From NCBI RefSeq assembly GCF_001194135.2, contig NC_069002.1, positions 36,387,308 through 36,451,307 of the forward strand: DNA of 64,000 nucleotides. The letters run 5' to 3'. Positions 42,030 to 55,402 of this stretch are shown here, piece after piece; positions within the stretch are counted from its first letter, which is position 1; each line of letters opens with the position of its first letter. The position numbers were made by a program, and so were the translations under genes. The DNA comes from Octopus bimaculoides (lineage: Eukaryota). Below the pieces are notes generated by a model that did no database searches, had not been told where the DNA came from, and was given only the letters and a program-made list of their open reading frames with translations.

Positions 42030-43270
42030 TCTAATACTTGGCAGGCACATGTCCCGAAATATTGAGAGATGGAGTAAGAGGGTTACATCGCCTCCAGTCC
42101 TTGAATGGTACTATTTCTTATCGACCCCAAAAGGATGAAAGTCAAAGTTTAATTAATGATAATCTAAGGCGGCGAGCTGGCAGAATCGTTAGTACGCCGG
42201 GCAAAATGCTTAATTGCATTTCGTAATTCTTTACGTTCTGAGTTCAAATTCCGCAGAGGTCGACTTTGCCTTTCATCCTTTCGGGGTCGACAAATTAAGT
42301 ACCAGTTGCATACTGGGGACGATCTAATCGAATGGTGCCCCCTCCCCAAAAATTTCGGACCTTGTGCCTAGAGTAGAAAAGAATTAATGCTAATCCTTTC
42401 TACTATTGGCACAAGGCCTGGAATTTGAGGTGGGAAGGGTTAGTCGATGACATCGAGCCCAGTGCTCAACTGGTAGTGATTTTATCGACCTCGAAAGGAG
42501 GAAAGGGTAAGTCTACCTCGGCGGAATTTGAATTCAGGACGCAAAAGAAGGACGAAATGCCACNNNNNNNNNNNNNNNNNNNNNNNNNNNNNNNNNNNNN
42601 NNNNNNNNNNNNNNNNNNNNNNNNCCTTACTACTTTAGGCCAAGGCCTGAAATTTGCGGGGAAGAGGTAAGTCTATTACATCGAACCCAGTGCGTAACTG
42701 GTACTTATTTAATCTACCTCGGAAAGATGAAAGGCAAAGTCGACCTCGGTGGAATTTGAACTCAGAACGAAGCGGCAGACGAAATGCCGCTAAGCATTTC
42801 GTCCCGCATACCGGCTCACCACCCTTGTCCTGTCTACAATAGACACAAGGCCTGAAATTTGGGGGTCAATCGATTACATCGACCCCAGTGCGTAACTGGT
42901 ACTTAATTTATCGACCCCAGAAAAGATGAAAGGCAAAGTCGACCTCGGCGAAATTTGATCTCAGAACGTAACGACGGGCGAATTACGAGCTAAGCTCTTC
43001 GTCCAGTGTGCTAACGGTTCTGCCAGCTCGCCGTCTTAGTTTAAATACGAATAACAAATAATCATATGTGATTATAAAGCAGCGAGCTGGTGAAATCCTT
43101 ACAGAACCAGATAAAACTGACGCCTTTCTTCCGATTTTACATTTTGAGTTCAAATTCCGCAGAAGTTGCCTTTTGGGGCCGACGAAATAAGTACTAGTTG
43201 AGCACTGATGTTGATGTCACCGACTTTCCCAGCTCCCACAAAGCCGCTGATCTTGGGCCAAAATTTGAAA
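42030..43270. mobile_element. Cluster of about six CORE-type SINE copies in both orientations
   Basis: Repeated gaaaggcaaagtcgacctcggcggaatttga / ggcgagctggcagaatcgttag motifs at ~42040, 42170, 42400, 42625, 42840 and 43080. Confidence 0.85.
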
Positions 43271-44709
43271 TTAATAATATACGAGTATGTCTCTATGCGT
43301 ATAACATAAAGGATGTGACTAAGGATCACAAATAATTGTCTGAGACGCCATATTGTCAACTGCTAATGATAATAACAACTGTGTCTTACTTAGATAAAGA
43401 TGAATTTCTCAAGATGGTTGGCAATAATGGGAATGTCTTATATTAAAGGAAAGTTTTGTTTTTTTAATAGCTCTTCCTTTAAATATGAGCATACCAGTGA
43501 TTAAAGTCATTTTAGCTTCGCCGATTACGTTCTTTATTCAAAGATAATGTATCTACAATGATACTGAAAAAAAGAATATTTACATACAATTATAAATATA
43601 TACATACATATATGGATGTATGTATGTATGTATGGATGTATGGATGTAAATATATATGTATATATATATATATATATATACATACGTATATGAATGTATG
43701 TATGTCTGTATATAAACCTTTTTCTATTTACTCTTCCTGTTTATTTCTGTGTTCCTTTCTGTCGAAGAGCATAGGCTCGAAACGTTAAAGACTTTCTCAC
43801 GTCTGTTTGTTGTTTACACACCGGTCTTCGTCTTTTGTTTTGTTTTTTTTTTTGTTTTTTTGTTTTTCTTTGTAAGTTCTCACAATTCAAGTTTGATCCA
43901 AACAAGAGACTCCTCTGAGGCTTCAATTAATTGCTAATGAAAATGAAAGACTAAATTCACATTTGATGTTTCTCTATTGCAGCGGTTTTCAACCATTTTT
44001 GAAAAATGGATCCCTTTAATTCTTCTTTTACTCTGCCGGACCTTCATAATCATTCGATGATTAAAAAATTCCCATTGTATTCTTATCGTTAAATATCAAG
44101 AGGATTTCTATAAAAACATTAAAATATTTCGTGTATTATAAATGTATAACCAATTTATTGCGCATTATTTTCAACAACTATATTTAAATGGACGCTCAGG
44201 GGTCAAACGGACCCTGGTTGAGAATCACTGTTCTATTGACTCTGCATTATATGAAGTCACGTCAAAATTGAAATAGCATATGAAAACTAACAGCAGCAAG
44301 CCATTGTTGTTCGCCTCGATCTTCTTTTTCACATATGTAGAATATTATACTAGACACGTTTCAAATAAAACAATAACAGTCTGCAACAATTGATTTCTAT
44401 GCAACTTTCAAATCTATTTATTTTTGTCTTTTTCACATAGCAGCATTATCCATTCTAAACAGCGCGTCATTCAACAAAGGAATTGAATTTCTTGGAGAAA
44501 CCATGCCTAACATTTTCTACACACGAGTTACCCAATAAGCGTTTATATGCGAGCATTTCTATAAACGTGCCTTTAATTTGAAATATTTACTCTTCAATTG
44601 CTAATTTATTACTGTTAATTAAAAACTACAAAATAAAATTTGCAAAATCTTGGAGAAGTCAACACTAAATAAAGAAAATAATAATATATATATATATAAA
44701 TAAAACCAC

Positions 44710-45455
44710 GTGTTGTTGTCATCTTTGAGCTACCACCATGCATCGTAGACAACTTTAAACACTTGCATTTATTCCATGTTGTACTACATACGCACTCATG
44801 ATATTTACAGCATGAATCTTCATTCGGCGGCAAAGCGGGGTTACAATACTTTGAACAAATAGGCAGCCTTCTCTTAGTTCTGACTCTGGAAATAGCAACA
44901 ATAGAAAGGAAGTTGTATAAAAAAACAATTTAGAGATTCGATTGGATAAATAAAGTTATCGACAAAATGACCTAGGTGACCATAAAAATGTCTTACGCGC
45001 ACACATATTGAAATATTTCAGTTTGTCAGCAGTAGTAAAAAAAAAAAAAGAGTGTACCCAATATTGAATTCTTTTTTTTTTTATGTCAACAGTTTCAGGC
45101 CAGTGCGACTGTCAGGCAAGATCTATTTTCTTTCGTAAATCCGTCTGGTTTTCTACACTTCATATTGATTTCATTTTGTTGTCTATGTCCTTCTTAATAT
45201 TGACCGATTTGTATTTTTTTTATTGAAGCGTTTGCGTTGTGCTACTTTATAGAATGCAGTTGGGCCTTAAAGACAATTTGAAAGCTCGCTACACAATAAA
45301 GTTTTGCGTTCAAATGGAGGAAAACGCTGCAGAACTTATGAAATGCTCCAAACTGTTTATGGATCAATGAATATCAGCTAAGCATCTGTTTTGTGGCATC
45401 TAGGGTTACTTTGTTTAGGAATTTTTCTTTTCGAACAATTTAATTTGTTGTGATG

Positions 45456-45489
<34 letters not shown>

Positions 45490-45872
45490 CAACAACAACA
45501 ACAACAACAATAATAATAAAACATCTAAAAAATTGATAATATAAAATTCTTACTTTTTGTCAAAATCTTTCTGTTCGTCAAACAAATCGTCAGATTTAAC
45601 AGGATCTGCAAATGTTGAATAAGCAGTTTCAAGAATCAACTTTTGGTTTAACAAAATTCTTATATAAAAATATTTAAATAGTCATTTGGTGATACAAAAA
45701 CAAACAACAAAAGAAAATCCCTCCCCCTGACTCGGACTCTCTCCTGCTATTTCAACAAACTCTCAGATCGCTATGTACCTGTTGGTTGTAGTGAGAACTT
45801 ACTTTGCTTATATGAAAGGGTGTATGAATTAAATATGCACAAGCAGAAACAGACGGCAATTATGGCTTTCAT
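44710..45872 (-). CDS. KN6: 8-Cys knottin precursor (signal exon 45872-45803, propeptide exon 45605-45554, mature exon from 44885; 3' end uncertain)
   Basis: aacag|gtgcgtgATG MKAIIAVCFCLCIFNSYTLSYKQ a|gtaagt; ttgcag|(N)PVKSDDLFDEQKDFDK aa|gtaaga; ttccag|(K)VRTKR-RLPICSKYCNPALPPNEDSCCKYHECVCSTTWNKCKCLKLSTMHGGSSKMTTT. Confidence 0.88.
45140..45410 (+). mobile_element. Mariner transposase N-terminal remnant in KN6 intron 2
   Basis: NLKARYTIKFCVQMEENAAE(fs)YEMLQTVYG resembles the mariner HTH (R..IKFC...G.TA.ET..ML..VYG). Confidence 0.6.
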
Positions 45873-46319
45873 CACGCACCTGTTAATATAAAATATAAAA
45901 TAAGAATAGGTGTTAGAGACATACAGAGAAGGTGATTTCTAAGAAGGAAAGAAACTTCAAAGGAAACTTAAATGAGAGAAGCAAACTTAGAAAAGTTGCT
46001 GTTGCAGAAAGTAACTTTGAAGTAGCGGTCAGAACAGTTTAAACCAGTAAATGTCATCGTGTCTCTTCCTGCTTCCCAGTACAAAACGTGGTGGTAGGGA
46101 AATGTCGTTAGCTCATAATTTATTCAGATGAGACCAAATATCTAGAAACGTTAGAGGACAAAGGTCAATCTAGGACACGCACTCACACACAAACAGCTAG
46201 ATAGATAGACAGGCAGACAGGCAGGCAGACAGACAGATAGATATCAATTATATAGGAATAGATAGAGACACAAAAATGGAAAAATAGGTGTACAAATGAA
46301 TTATTACAACACTGAACTC

Positions 46320-46500
46320 TCTCTGAGTGGTTGGCGTTAGGAAGGGCATCCAGTTGTAGAAACTCTGCCAAATCAGATTGGAGCCTGGTGTAGCCATCTG
46401 GTTTCACCAGTCCTCAGTCAAATCGTCCAACCCATGCTAGAATGGAAAGCAGACGTTAAACGACAAGGATGATGATGACGATGATGAACATGTTTTTGCA
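46320..46500 (-). mobile_element. RTE-type 3' tail element
   Basis: Same family as 40720-40935. Confidence 0.8.
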
Positions 46501-46591
46501 GAATTCATATCTATTTCTAACATCTTAACTCCCCTGCAAATATTGAAGCAATGCGATACAGAATGAAGCACTGATACATATCTACTCAAAT

Positions 46592-46645
<54 letters not shown>

Positions 46646-47746
46646 CAACAAATGCTCCATTTTCCTACCTAGAACATAATTAATGCCACGCACTCTGCAT
46701 TGTTATTTCTTGCGGATAATTTAAACGTTACCTACATGTTAAACTGAAGGTATTATTTGAAACCTAAGTAATATGCAGATTTCTCTGGTGCAAAGATAAA
46801 GCCAGTTGGTAATGCTTGTATAACGTCGTCCATCCACAAACTTAAATTTCATTTAACTACGCTCGCTGCTTCCTAGTCTTTCTCCATTTATTGTCTTTCT
46901 CTTTCTTTCGTTTTGTTGAGAGACAGACCGAGAGAGAGAGAGAGAGGGAGAGAGAAAGAAAGGTTTATCTGCTATTGGAATAGAATATTCTCGTAGTTAA
47001 TACAACTATCGCCATCTGGGCGATCTTCCGGTACAATACCTAAGATCGCCATCTGGGCGGTCATTATATATCTTGTCCGTTCCAATAAATATATTATAAA
47101 TTACATGTGACATACACAACATTTTGAATGTCTCCTTCTCTATAAATAATATTTATTACTTCATCGATACACGGACAAAGTAATGAATTGACACTACAGG
47201 AGTTTTAATTTTCATTGTCTCTACTGAAAATTTTAAGTGTAATTGTAAATCAACAAAGCAAAAGCCATCAGCAATAAATGACAATATTCCATAAGGCACA
47301 CACATTTAGAAATAGGTCAATATTTTGTGACAGCTGCAACTAATATAAAAAAAAAAAAACCACATGGAATTCTAAATTTGAAAAACAATTTCGACTTGTT
47401 TTTGGTTTAGCCAGCAATCTTAAAGAAGCAATCGTTGCACCGTAAGGCTTCCAGGAATAAGGAATTGATTAATTTATAGGTTATCTACAAACCGGAAAGC
47501 TGCTTCGAATACTTACACAAACAGTTCCTGCTAAAAGTACCCAAACTAAAGGCCAGGTAAATTATTTGGCATCTTAATATGGACACAATCCCGATAAGCT
47601 TTTGTGTTTCCGTCTGCTTAATTTTATTCAGAAAATATAATTTTAAAAAGGACTTATGGCTTATTTAAGAGATTGAAACAAGAAAATTCTGGTTGAGAAA
47701 TTAACTCCGTGTTAAAAAATCAAAGAAATGCAACCTGTGTGTAGTG

Positions 47747-48023
47747 AAAGAAGCACAGCAGAGATTTAAAGTTTAGAACTGAGATTTTCACTAAATACAT
47801 CAATCCGATGCATAACACAACATTGTTAATAGTACAGATTTAGTGTGTAAAATCAGTGTGTAAGTTTACTGTAAAAGTGAATTACTGACCTAGAGAATTG
47901 TAGTGTGATCACCCGGCGAAAAACCTTTTTTTTTTTTTCCAATTTCAAAAGAGAAACTTAACGGATTGATATATTTAGTGAAAATCTCAGTTCAAAACTT
48001 TAAAAACTCTGCTGTGCTTCTTT
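47747..48023. mobile_element. MITE-like element with ~60-bp imperfect terminal inverted repeats
   Basis: aagcacagcagagatttaaagtttagaactgagattttcactaaatacatcaatccg ... cggattgatatatttagtgaaaatctcagttcaaaactttaaaaactctgctgtgctt. Confidence 0.6.
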
Positions 48024-48269
48024 TTCCGATTTCGTTCACGCTTGGTGAATACATCACTTATGTTCCACAGATGGTTCTACACTCTCCAGATTATTCACTT
48101 ATGGAGTAATATGGAGTAATGGGGCTTCTAGAGAAAGGGTCAGAAAAACCTCCATTTCTGTTGTACGGTGACTATTGTTAACAAGGGAGGTAACTCTTTG
48201 CGAAGTAACATTCAGAAATTGATCGTCTTCGTTACATTTGTTTCCCTTGCTACACTTTTTTGGTCGACA

Positions 48270-49860
48270 ATCGGTGGGCTGTTCCCCCACAACAAGATGC
48301 TCTGAGAAACATTTCATGCACACAACAACGTAGAATTCTGTAATTCTGTCAAATCCATACGTTACGTATGCAAATACATTACCAAAGGATCAACAGATTT
48401 TACAAATGATGAAGTGACTCTTTTCGAAACTAGACGCTACATATCCACTAATGAAGCCATACGGAGAACCTTAGGATTCCTAATTCATGAATGATACCCT
48501 CCTATGATTCATCTCAGCGTTCATTTGGAAAATAGTCAGTGAATTTACTTTACAGAAGACAAGCTCATTCAAGAAGATGCTGCCCCGCCAAAGACCACTC
48601 TCACGGTCTTCTTTCATCTATGCAAAGTCGACTCCTTCGCAAAGTCTATTTTGTACGCTGAAGTGCCACATCATTATACATGGAATCAATCATCTTCCCA
48701 GTGGCAACGACGAAAACAAGCCTGGCCTACGCAGCTGGATCCAGCCGTGTACAAAGACGACACAATCGAATGCGTCTACACAGTTCAACCCCTGAACTCT
48801 GAATGCTTCCATCTGCAGCTTTTATTTCATGTCATTAAGGGACCAACCTCTTTCGACAACCTTCGCACAGTGGACGGCCATTTATGAGGAACTGTCAAAG
48901 ATGCCTGCTCCAAACAGGGACTTTTGGATACAGATGATCAATATGATAATGCACTCGAAGAGGCCTCTCTGTGTCATTCTCCACACAAGCTTCGACACCT
49001 TTCTGCAACAGAGTTAGTTTTCTGCAACCTGACAGATGCACATTCACTTTGGAATAAATACAAAGACTCAATGCACCATGACATTTTGCTGCAGACTCAC
49101 CAAATCACAGGTAGCGTTGGCACTCCCACTACTCCTGCCATTTACAACAGAGAGCTTCTTCTCTTAGAAGACTTGGTTATGGCAATTGGAGGTCAACGAT
49201 TGGACGCTTATTCTCTCAACACTCCAGACAGAAATGAAGACGCCTGTCCCAGTCACCTCATTCTCAGAGAAACATCCGACAACATCCACAAACTCAAACA
49301 GTACATTGCTGACAACGAGCCCCTTCTGAATTCTGATCAAGCTGACGAATACAATTTTGTCCTCGGAAACATCTACACACAAACACTATCCAACAGAATT
49401 TCTCAACTCCTAAGATCCTCCAGGACTCCCGTCCCACGAACTTCACTTGAAAAATCGGTTGCCCGTCATCCTCCTATGCAATCTAAACACACCTACACTA
49501 TGCAATGGAACTCGCCTTGTGGTCAAACAAATGATGGACCACGTCATTGAAGCCCAAATTATCACGGGACACGTCAAAACCGACACCGTTTTCATTCTGA
49601 AAATTCCTCTAACCCCAACAGACTGCTCCTACCCTATGCAGAGACTTCAGTTCCCTTTGAAACTCAGCTTCGCCATGACAATTAACAAAGCACAAGATCA
49701 GTCGCTGAAAGTTGTCGGATTCGACCATCAAACATCGTGCTTTTCACATGGACAGTTCTTCATCGGTTGTTCCAGAGTTGGCCATCTAGACAACTTATTT
49801 ACCTATGCTCTTGAAAGAAAAACCAAAAATGTCGTCTACGAAGCAGTCCTACAGTAGTTA
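48270..49860 (+). mobile_element. Helitron Rep/helicase pseudogene, internally deleted
   Basis: HNNVEFCNSVKSIRYVCKYITKG; YAEVPHHYTW; FHLQLLFHVIKGPTSFDNLRTVDG; LCNGTRLVV; QFPLKLSFAMTINKAQDQSL; FSHGQ...SRV (Pif1-like motifs V/VI). Multiple stops and frameshifts. Confidence 0.9.
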
Positions 49861-50914
49861 TTCCTCTACTGCAATCTTCACATCAACGCCAAACTGTAGC
49901 CGTTAGCAATCAGACATCCTGCAAGCATTTCATTGGTATTTCGCTTCATTTCCCTGATTGCTGTTAATAGCACCTTATCTTCAATGACCCTTCTTACTTC
50001 ATGCACGCAGTTCGCTCATAAGCATGCTCTGACATTTATTTATGTAAGCACTAGCTCTTTTGTATAAAACAGCCCTAAAATGATATCTGGTTATACTGTG
50101 GGTTTTTTTTACATCTAGAACATTTAACATGGTTCGAATCCTGCGGATCTGAAACACATTCACCTAATGACCAGATTGAAACATGAGTAGACACTTTTTA
50201 TACTTTTTTCTGTTAATTTATGTTCCTTTTAATTTTATTTGTATTAAATGGTTTGCTATGTTTTTATCGTGATACAAATAAGTATGAACTATATATTTTT
50301 TCTCTATTTTCCTCTATAAATACAACTATATATATACACACACAATGGGTTTCTTTCAGTTTCTGTCAACCAAATCTGCTCACAAGGTTTTGGTCGGTCC
50401 AAGGCTATAGCAAAAGACACTTGCCCAAGGGACCACACAGTGAAGTTGGGCCCGAAACCATGTGGTCGAGAAGCAAGCTTCTTACCACACAGCCATGCCT
50501 GCACTTATATAAAGAACATAAGTATCTTGAAAGAAAAATTTGGCATTGAAGTATGAGGAATAGTGTGTAAGAGAGAAGCATGACCAAATATAGGAATATA
50601 ACGTACATGAGGAATGATTGTTGGATAAAAAAATACTGTCAAATAATGCAAGTAGAAGAGGCCTGTGGATGAAAAAGACCAAAGAAGACTTAGGAAGGAG
50701 CAGTGAGGATGTTCAGCCTCACAAAGGAAGAAAAAATGGTGAAATACTGAAACCAGTGGAGAGACAATGTGTTGGCTTTGCTGGCATTAATTGTACTGGA
50801 ATGTTACGGTTATGCTGTAAAAATGATGAAGATAATGATGACGTAAAAATTTTAATTTTCTTTACATCAAATATACTTTTCTTTTTTGGTGCCATCAGAC
50901 CAACAACTTCATTA

Positions 50915-51160
50915 TCCTAGTCATCATTTAGTGTCTGTATTCCATGCTGGCATGGGTTAGATGGTTTGACTAGGATTGATAAGCCAGAAAGCTGTACCAG
51001 GCTCCAGTCTGATTTGGTTTGGTTCCTACAGCTGGATGCTCTTCCTAATGCCAACCACTCCAAGAGTGTAGTGGGTGCCTTATACATGTCACTGGTATGA
51101 GTGTCTTTTCATGTGTTACTGGCACAGGTGCCTTCTATGTGTCACCGGCACAGGTGCCTT
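50915..51160 (+). mobile_element. RTE-type 3' tail element
   Basis: catcatttagtgtctgtattccatgctggcatgggttagatgg...gatgctcttcctaatgccaaccactcc. Confidence 0.75.
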
Positions 51161-52288
51161 GGAATTTTTGCGCAACATTATAAAGATGGTTTACCAATGC
51201 CTTCCTTTATAAGCTCATCTTACTGTCCAGACACAGATAAGTTTGCCATATTGGCCTAGATATTCTCAATGTAAAGAGCTGGAACAAATGCTGCAAAGCA
51301 CTTTGTCCAACATTCTAACAATTATACCACTGCACCACCGTGGATTGCTATCTATTTTATTAACCTTACAAGGATAAAAGTTAAAGTTGGCCTATGCAGC
51401 TGGATCCAGCCCTTTCACCGTTCCCTCTCTCTCTCTCTCTCACTCCTTCTCTTCCTCCTTGACCCTCTCGTTGCTGACACCTGACGAAAGGGGTTCTTTC
51501 TTTCTGCCCACTGGTCTTCCTAAAGAACAGGCGTGAATTCTTCTGTCTCTTCTACTTAGCGTTCATAATAATTTTTCTATCGTCTTGGCCCAACAGCCCT
51601 CACCATTTGTTTTTACTGTCGTGTTTTTACTTGTTTTTACTGTTCTTATTGTTTTTACTGTCTTGTTCTCACTGTCTTTTTCTTGTTAACACTTTCACCC
51701 TCTGCAAAAAATTCCAAATTTTATTTAATTTGCTTTGCAGGAAGGACTATTCCAACGAAGTCGCGTATTGTCCTTGCCTTCGAAACGCAGAGTAGATGGA
51801 ACAGGGACAACTGACAAAGGGATATACTCTTNNNNNNNNNNNNNNNNNNNNNNNNNNNNNNNNNNNNNNNNNNNNNNNNNNNNNNNNNNNNNNNNNNNNN
51901 NNNNNNNNNNNNNNNNNNNNNNNNNNNNNNNNNNNNNNNNNNNNNNNNNNNNNNNNNNNNNNNNNNNNNNNNNNNNNNNNNNNNNNNNNNNNNNNNNNNN
52001 NNNNNNNNNNNNNNNNNNNNNNNNNNNNNNNNNNNNNNNNNNNNNNNNNNNNNNNNNNNNNNNNNNNNNNNNNNNNNNNNNNNNNNNNNNNNNNNNNNNN
52101 NNNNNNNNNNNNNNNNNNNNNNNNNNNNNNNNNNNNNNNNNNNNNNNNNNNNNNNNNNNNNNNNNNNNNNNNNNNNNNNNNNNNNNNNNNNNNNNNNNNN
52201 NNNNNNNNNNNNNNNNNNNNNNNNNNNNNNNNNNNNNNNNNNNNNNNNNNNNNNNNNNNNNNNNNNNNNNNNNNNNNNNNNNNNNNNN

Positions 52289-52325
<37 letters not shown>

Positions 52326-52329
52326 TTAT

Positions 52330-54544
52330 TTATTTCGTCAGCTGTGGAGCACAGAGTACTGGGATGGTGTCCAGTGCAGGATAATTCAGTTAAACTTTTA
52401 AGGGAAGAGGGGCTCCTTTGAATCTTCTGAGACAAACTCCTCCAGAGATGGTGCCTCAATAAAAATACTGGTGAATGTGACATCACCACTTTCCACAGCA
52501 TGAGAGAGTAACGGATAAAAGAATGAATGCAAAGGTGTAAATGAGAGCAAAAGTTCAGGTGACAGGCATTCGCCCAGCAGGTGCCTAACAGGTGACCAGC
52601 ACAGGTCTGGTTGTCATTATGCAGCTGCCAGAGCAAAATGGTCTAAGGCGATGAATATAGCTGTCATGGAATGTTATTCTTTGTGTAGACAAGTTGATGT
52701 TGAAGAGAAATCCATAGGAGGATATTGAAAGAGAAAGCATAGCATTTGGATGGAGATGCAGGGCTTAGACATTTTGGAATAGAGACTCTGTGACCAGGTA
52801 AGACCAATAAGGAAGAAGGGATGGCTAACAGCATTAAAGCTTGATGAGATTAAGAAGAGGATGATGATCGAAAACACAGTGAGTGAAGTTGAAGTGATCA
52901 CAGATAATGTTGACGAGGTTGTATTTAATGAGGTGCCCAGGAGAATTATACAGGTTTAAGTTTTGAGAATACAGGACTGAACGATTAGGATAGAGGAATG
53001 ATCAAAGATATCCCTAGTATCAAAGAGAAAAATCTAAACATGGAACTAAATGGATTCAGGAAAGTGGATAGAATTTTGCTGAGGAGATGGACTCAAAAGG
53101 TAAATAAAATACTGAAAGAAATTAGGACAGATAATATAACTGGAATGAATAAATTGATTAACGCTTGTATCATCTACGTAGGAAGGAACCATAGGCCCTG
53201 AACCAAACCATAAAAGAGGAAATGTAGAAAAAGAGCCCTGGTGGAAAAGAAAGATAAAGTAATCAATAAGGAAACTACAAATACATATCAACACGCTGGA
53301 AAGAAAAAAATATGGTGAAATCAGGAAGAAGGAGAAATATCAGGAATTAGAACATAGGTATGGGATCAAGAAAAAGGGGCTAATTATTGTCCTTGAAGAC
53401 CTAAAACAAACACTGCAGGTTAAAGCTACAAAAATAAAGAGATATGACCAAAGAATTGAATAAGATAAAAATCAACAGATTGTTCCAACAGGATCAGAAA
53501 ATAGTTTATCAGCAGCAAATGGAAACCAGAGACTGAAGAAAGTAGAAGATTTGGGAGCAATATCTGGAATAATATGAGAAGTGATAAGAAGGATGCTGAA
53601 TAGCTGAAAGTATTAAGATTGGAGGAGAATGAAGTGAAACAACAATATAAGAATAGTAAGTGAAATGGTGGCCACGTAGACAAGAAAGTTTCCAAACAGG
53701 AAAATGAAAACATGCATGGGTAATACCTCAAAGACAAAAGGGAAAACAAGACCAACACCTAGAAGTGGTTAAGGAAAAGTTATCTGAAAGGATGTACTGA
53801 GACACTGATATGTAATGCCCAGGTACAAGCTCTGAGAACTAATTACACCAAGTTCCAAATAGATAAGAATAGTGAATCACCTCTTTGTAAGATGTGGGGC
53901 AGCAAAAACAGAACAGTCTTACATATGAGTGAATGTAGCAAACTGGCCTAAAGAGAGTACAAAAAGAAGCATGATAACATGGCTAAGTTTGTTCATTGGA
54001 GATTGTGTGAGAAGTACAGTCTTGGAAGAACATAGAATTGGTAGAAACATAAACCAGAAGGCATTACTGAGAATAATGAATATAAGATCTTATGGGGTTT
54101 TGAAATTCAATGTGACTTGCTAATTGATGCTCAGAGACCAGACATTGTTGCAGTGGATAAAAGGAAGAAGGAAACCAAGATTATAAATATTGCTATACCT
54201 GGGGACACACATGTAGGAGACAAAGAGCTGGAAAAGATGAAGAAATACAAGTTACTAAGAAGAAATTGCAATAATGTGAAAAATGAAGAGAATAAATGTC
54301 ACACCAGTAGTTGTTGGGGCAGAGAATAATGTTGGAAAAATAGGAATTGACATCAGAGGTTGAACGTGCTCAAAAAACTGCTCTGTTGGGCACAGCGAGG
54401 GCTTTGAGATTGGTACTTGGGTGTTAAGTATCATGGAAAGAGAACCTGTGACACCAGAGACAACAGTTTGCTGTCTGCTCTCGTAGAATTAACCAGCGCA
54501 AGTAAAATTGAGAGTTCTGAGAAGTAAAATATAATAACAGTAAC

Positions 54545-54600
<56 letters not shown>
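52330..54600 (+). mobile_element. Degenerate R4/Dong-like LINE lacking the RT core, ending in (taa)n
   Basis: N-terminal KWSKAMNIAVMECY..EQRL.DQ.R motif; C-terminal EC..LA.REYK.RHD..VHW.LC, KILW.FEIQCD..I...RPDIV.VDK, INIAIPGD....KELEK..KY. Followed by a long TAA tract, the known target of Dong elements. Confidence 0.85.
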
Positions 54601-54603
<3 letters not shown>

Positions 54604-54725
54604 CAAGAACAACTGTTAGAAATGTATATATTGCTTATTGTTATTAGTTTAGAAATATATTTAAAAGAGAAACACACAAAAACAAAACAAAATACAACAA
54701 TAACAAAAAAAGAAACAATCCTAAA

Positions 54726-55349
54726 TCAGACTATTTTTAATGTTGAATCAGTTTTGAAAAGACTGCCATTGTCTGAGGATCGGTAAGGTGATAACTGGTT
54801 GTTACCTATCGTGTTGGATTCAAGGTTTGCTTCATATGATGGGATTGATGATAATGGCATATGGGAGAAATTAGAGTTCAATGCAGGATAACACTGACGA
54901 TAACAGTTGTAGGCAACTATAAATCCAAGTAACGATCCAACCGTGACATCTGCAACAGACATAAACAATTAAAACAGTCACTGATAATGAGAAACATGCA
55001 TTTTATTAACTGACTGGTATTACTAGTAATAATAATGTGTAAATATAGTGATTTTATTCTATATCATTCGTTTAACATCTGATTGCCATACTGTCATGGG
55101 TCGACAGGATCTGATGAATTGGTTTACAGAAAACGTTTTGATTATGTAAATAAAGCTCCTATTCCATTATCCTGGCCACAGTTTAGTGAAGCTGACTGGT
55201 AAACCAGTTTTTTGAGGTAACATTGAGTTGTACTGATGGCCAAGGATACCAAAGACTACACTGTAATCATCCCAGGAATCCGAAGTATGATCTTAAGAGA
55301 CATGTGATTTGTGGAAACATGCATTTATAAATTCCATGCAAGGATTACT

Positions 55350-55402
<53 letters not shown>

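Noticed and set aside
50618-50920. ORF with C-x7-C-x6-CC
   Set aside because: Only 4 Cys, no CxC pairs or precursor structure, and it sits among RTE-like debris.
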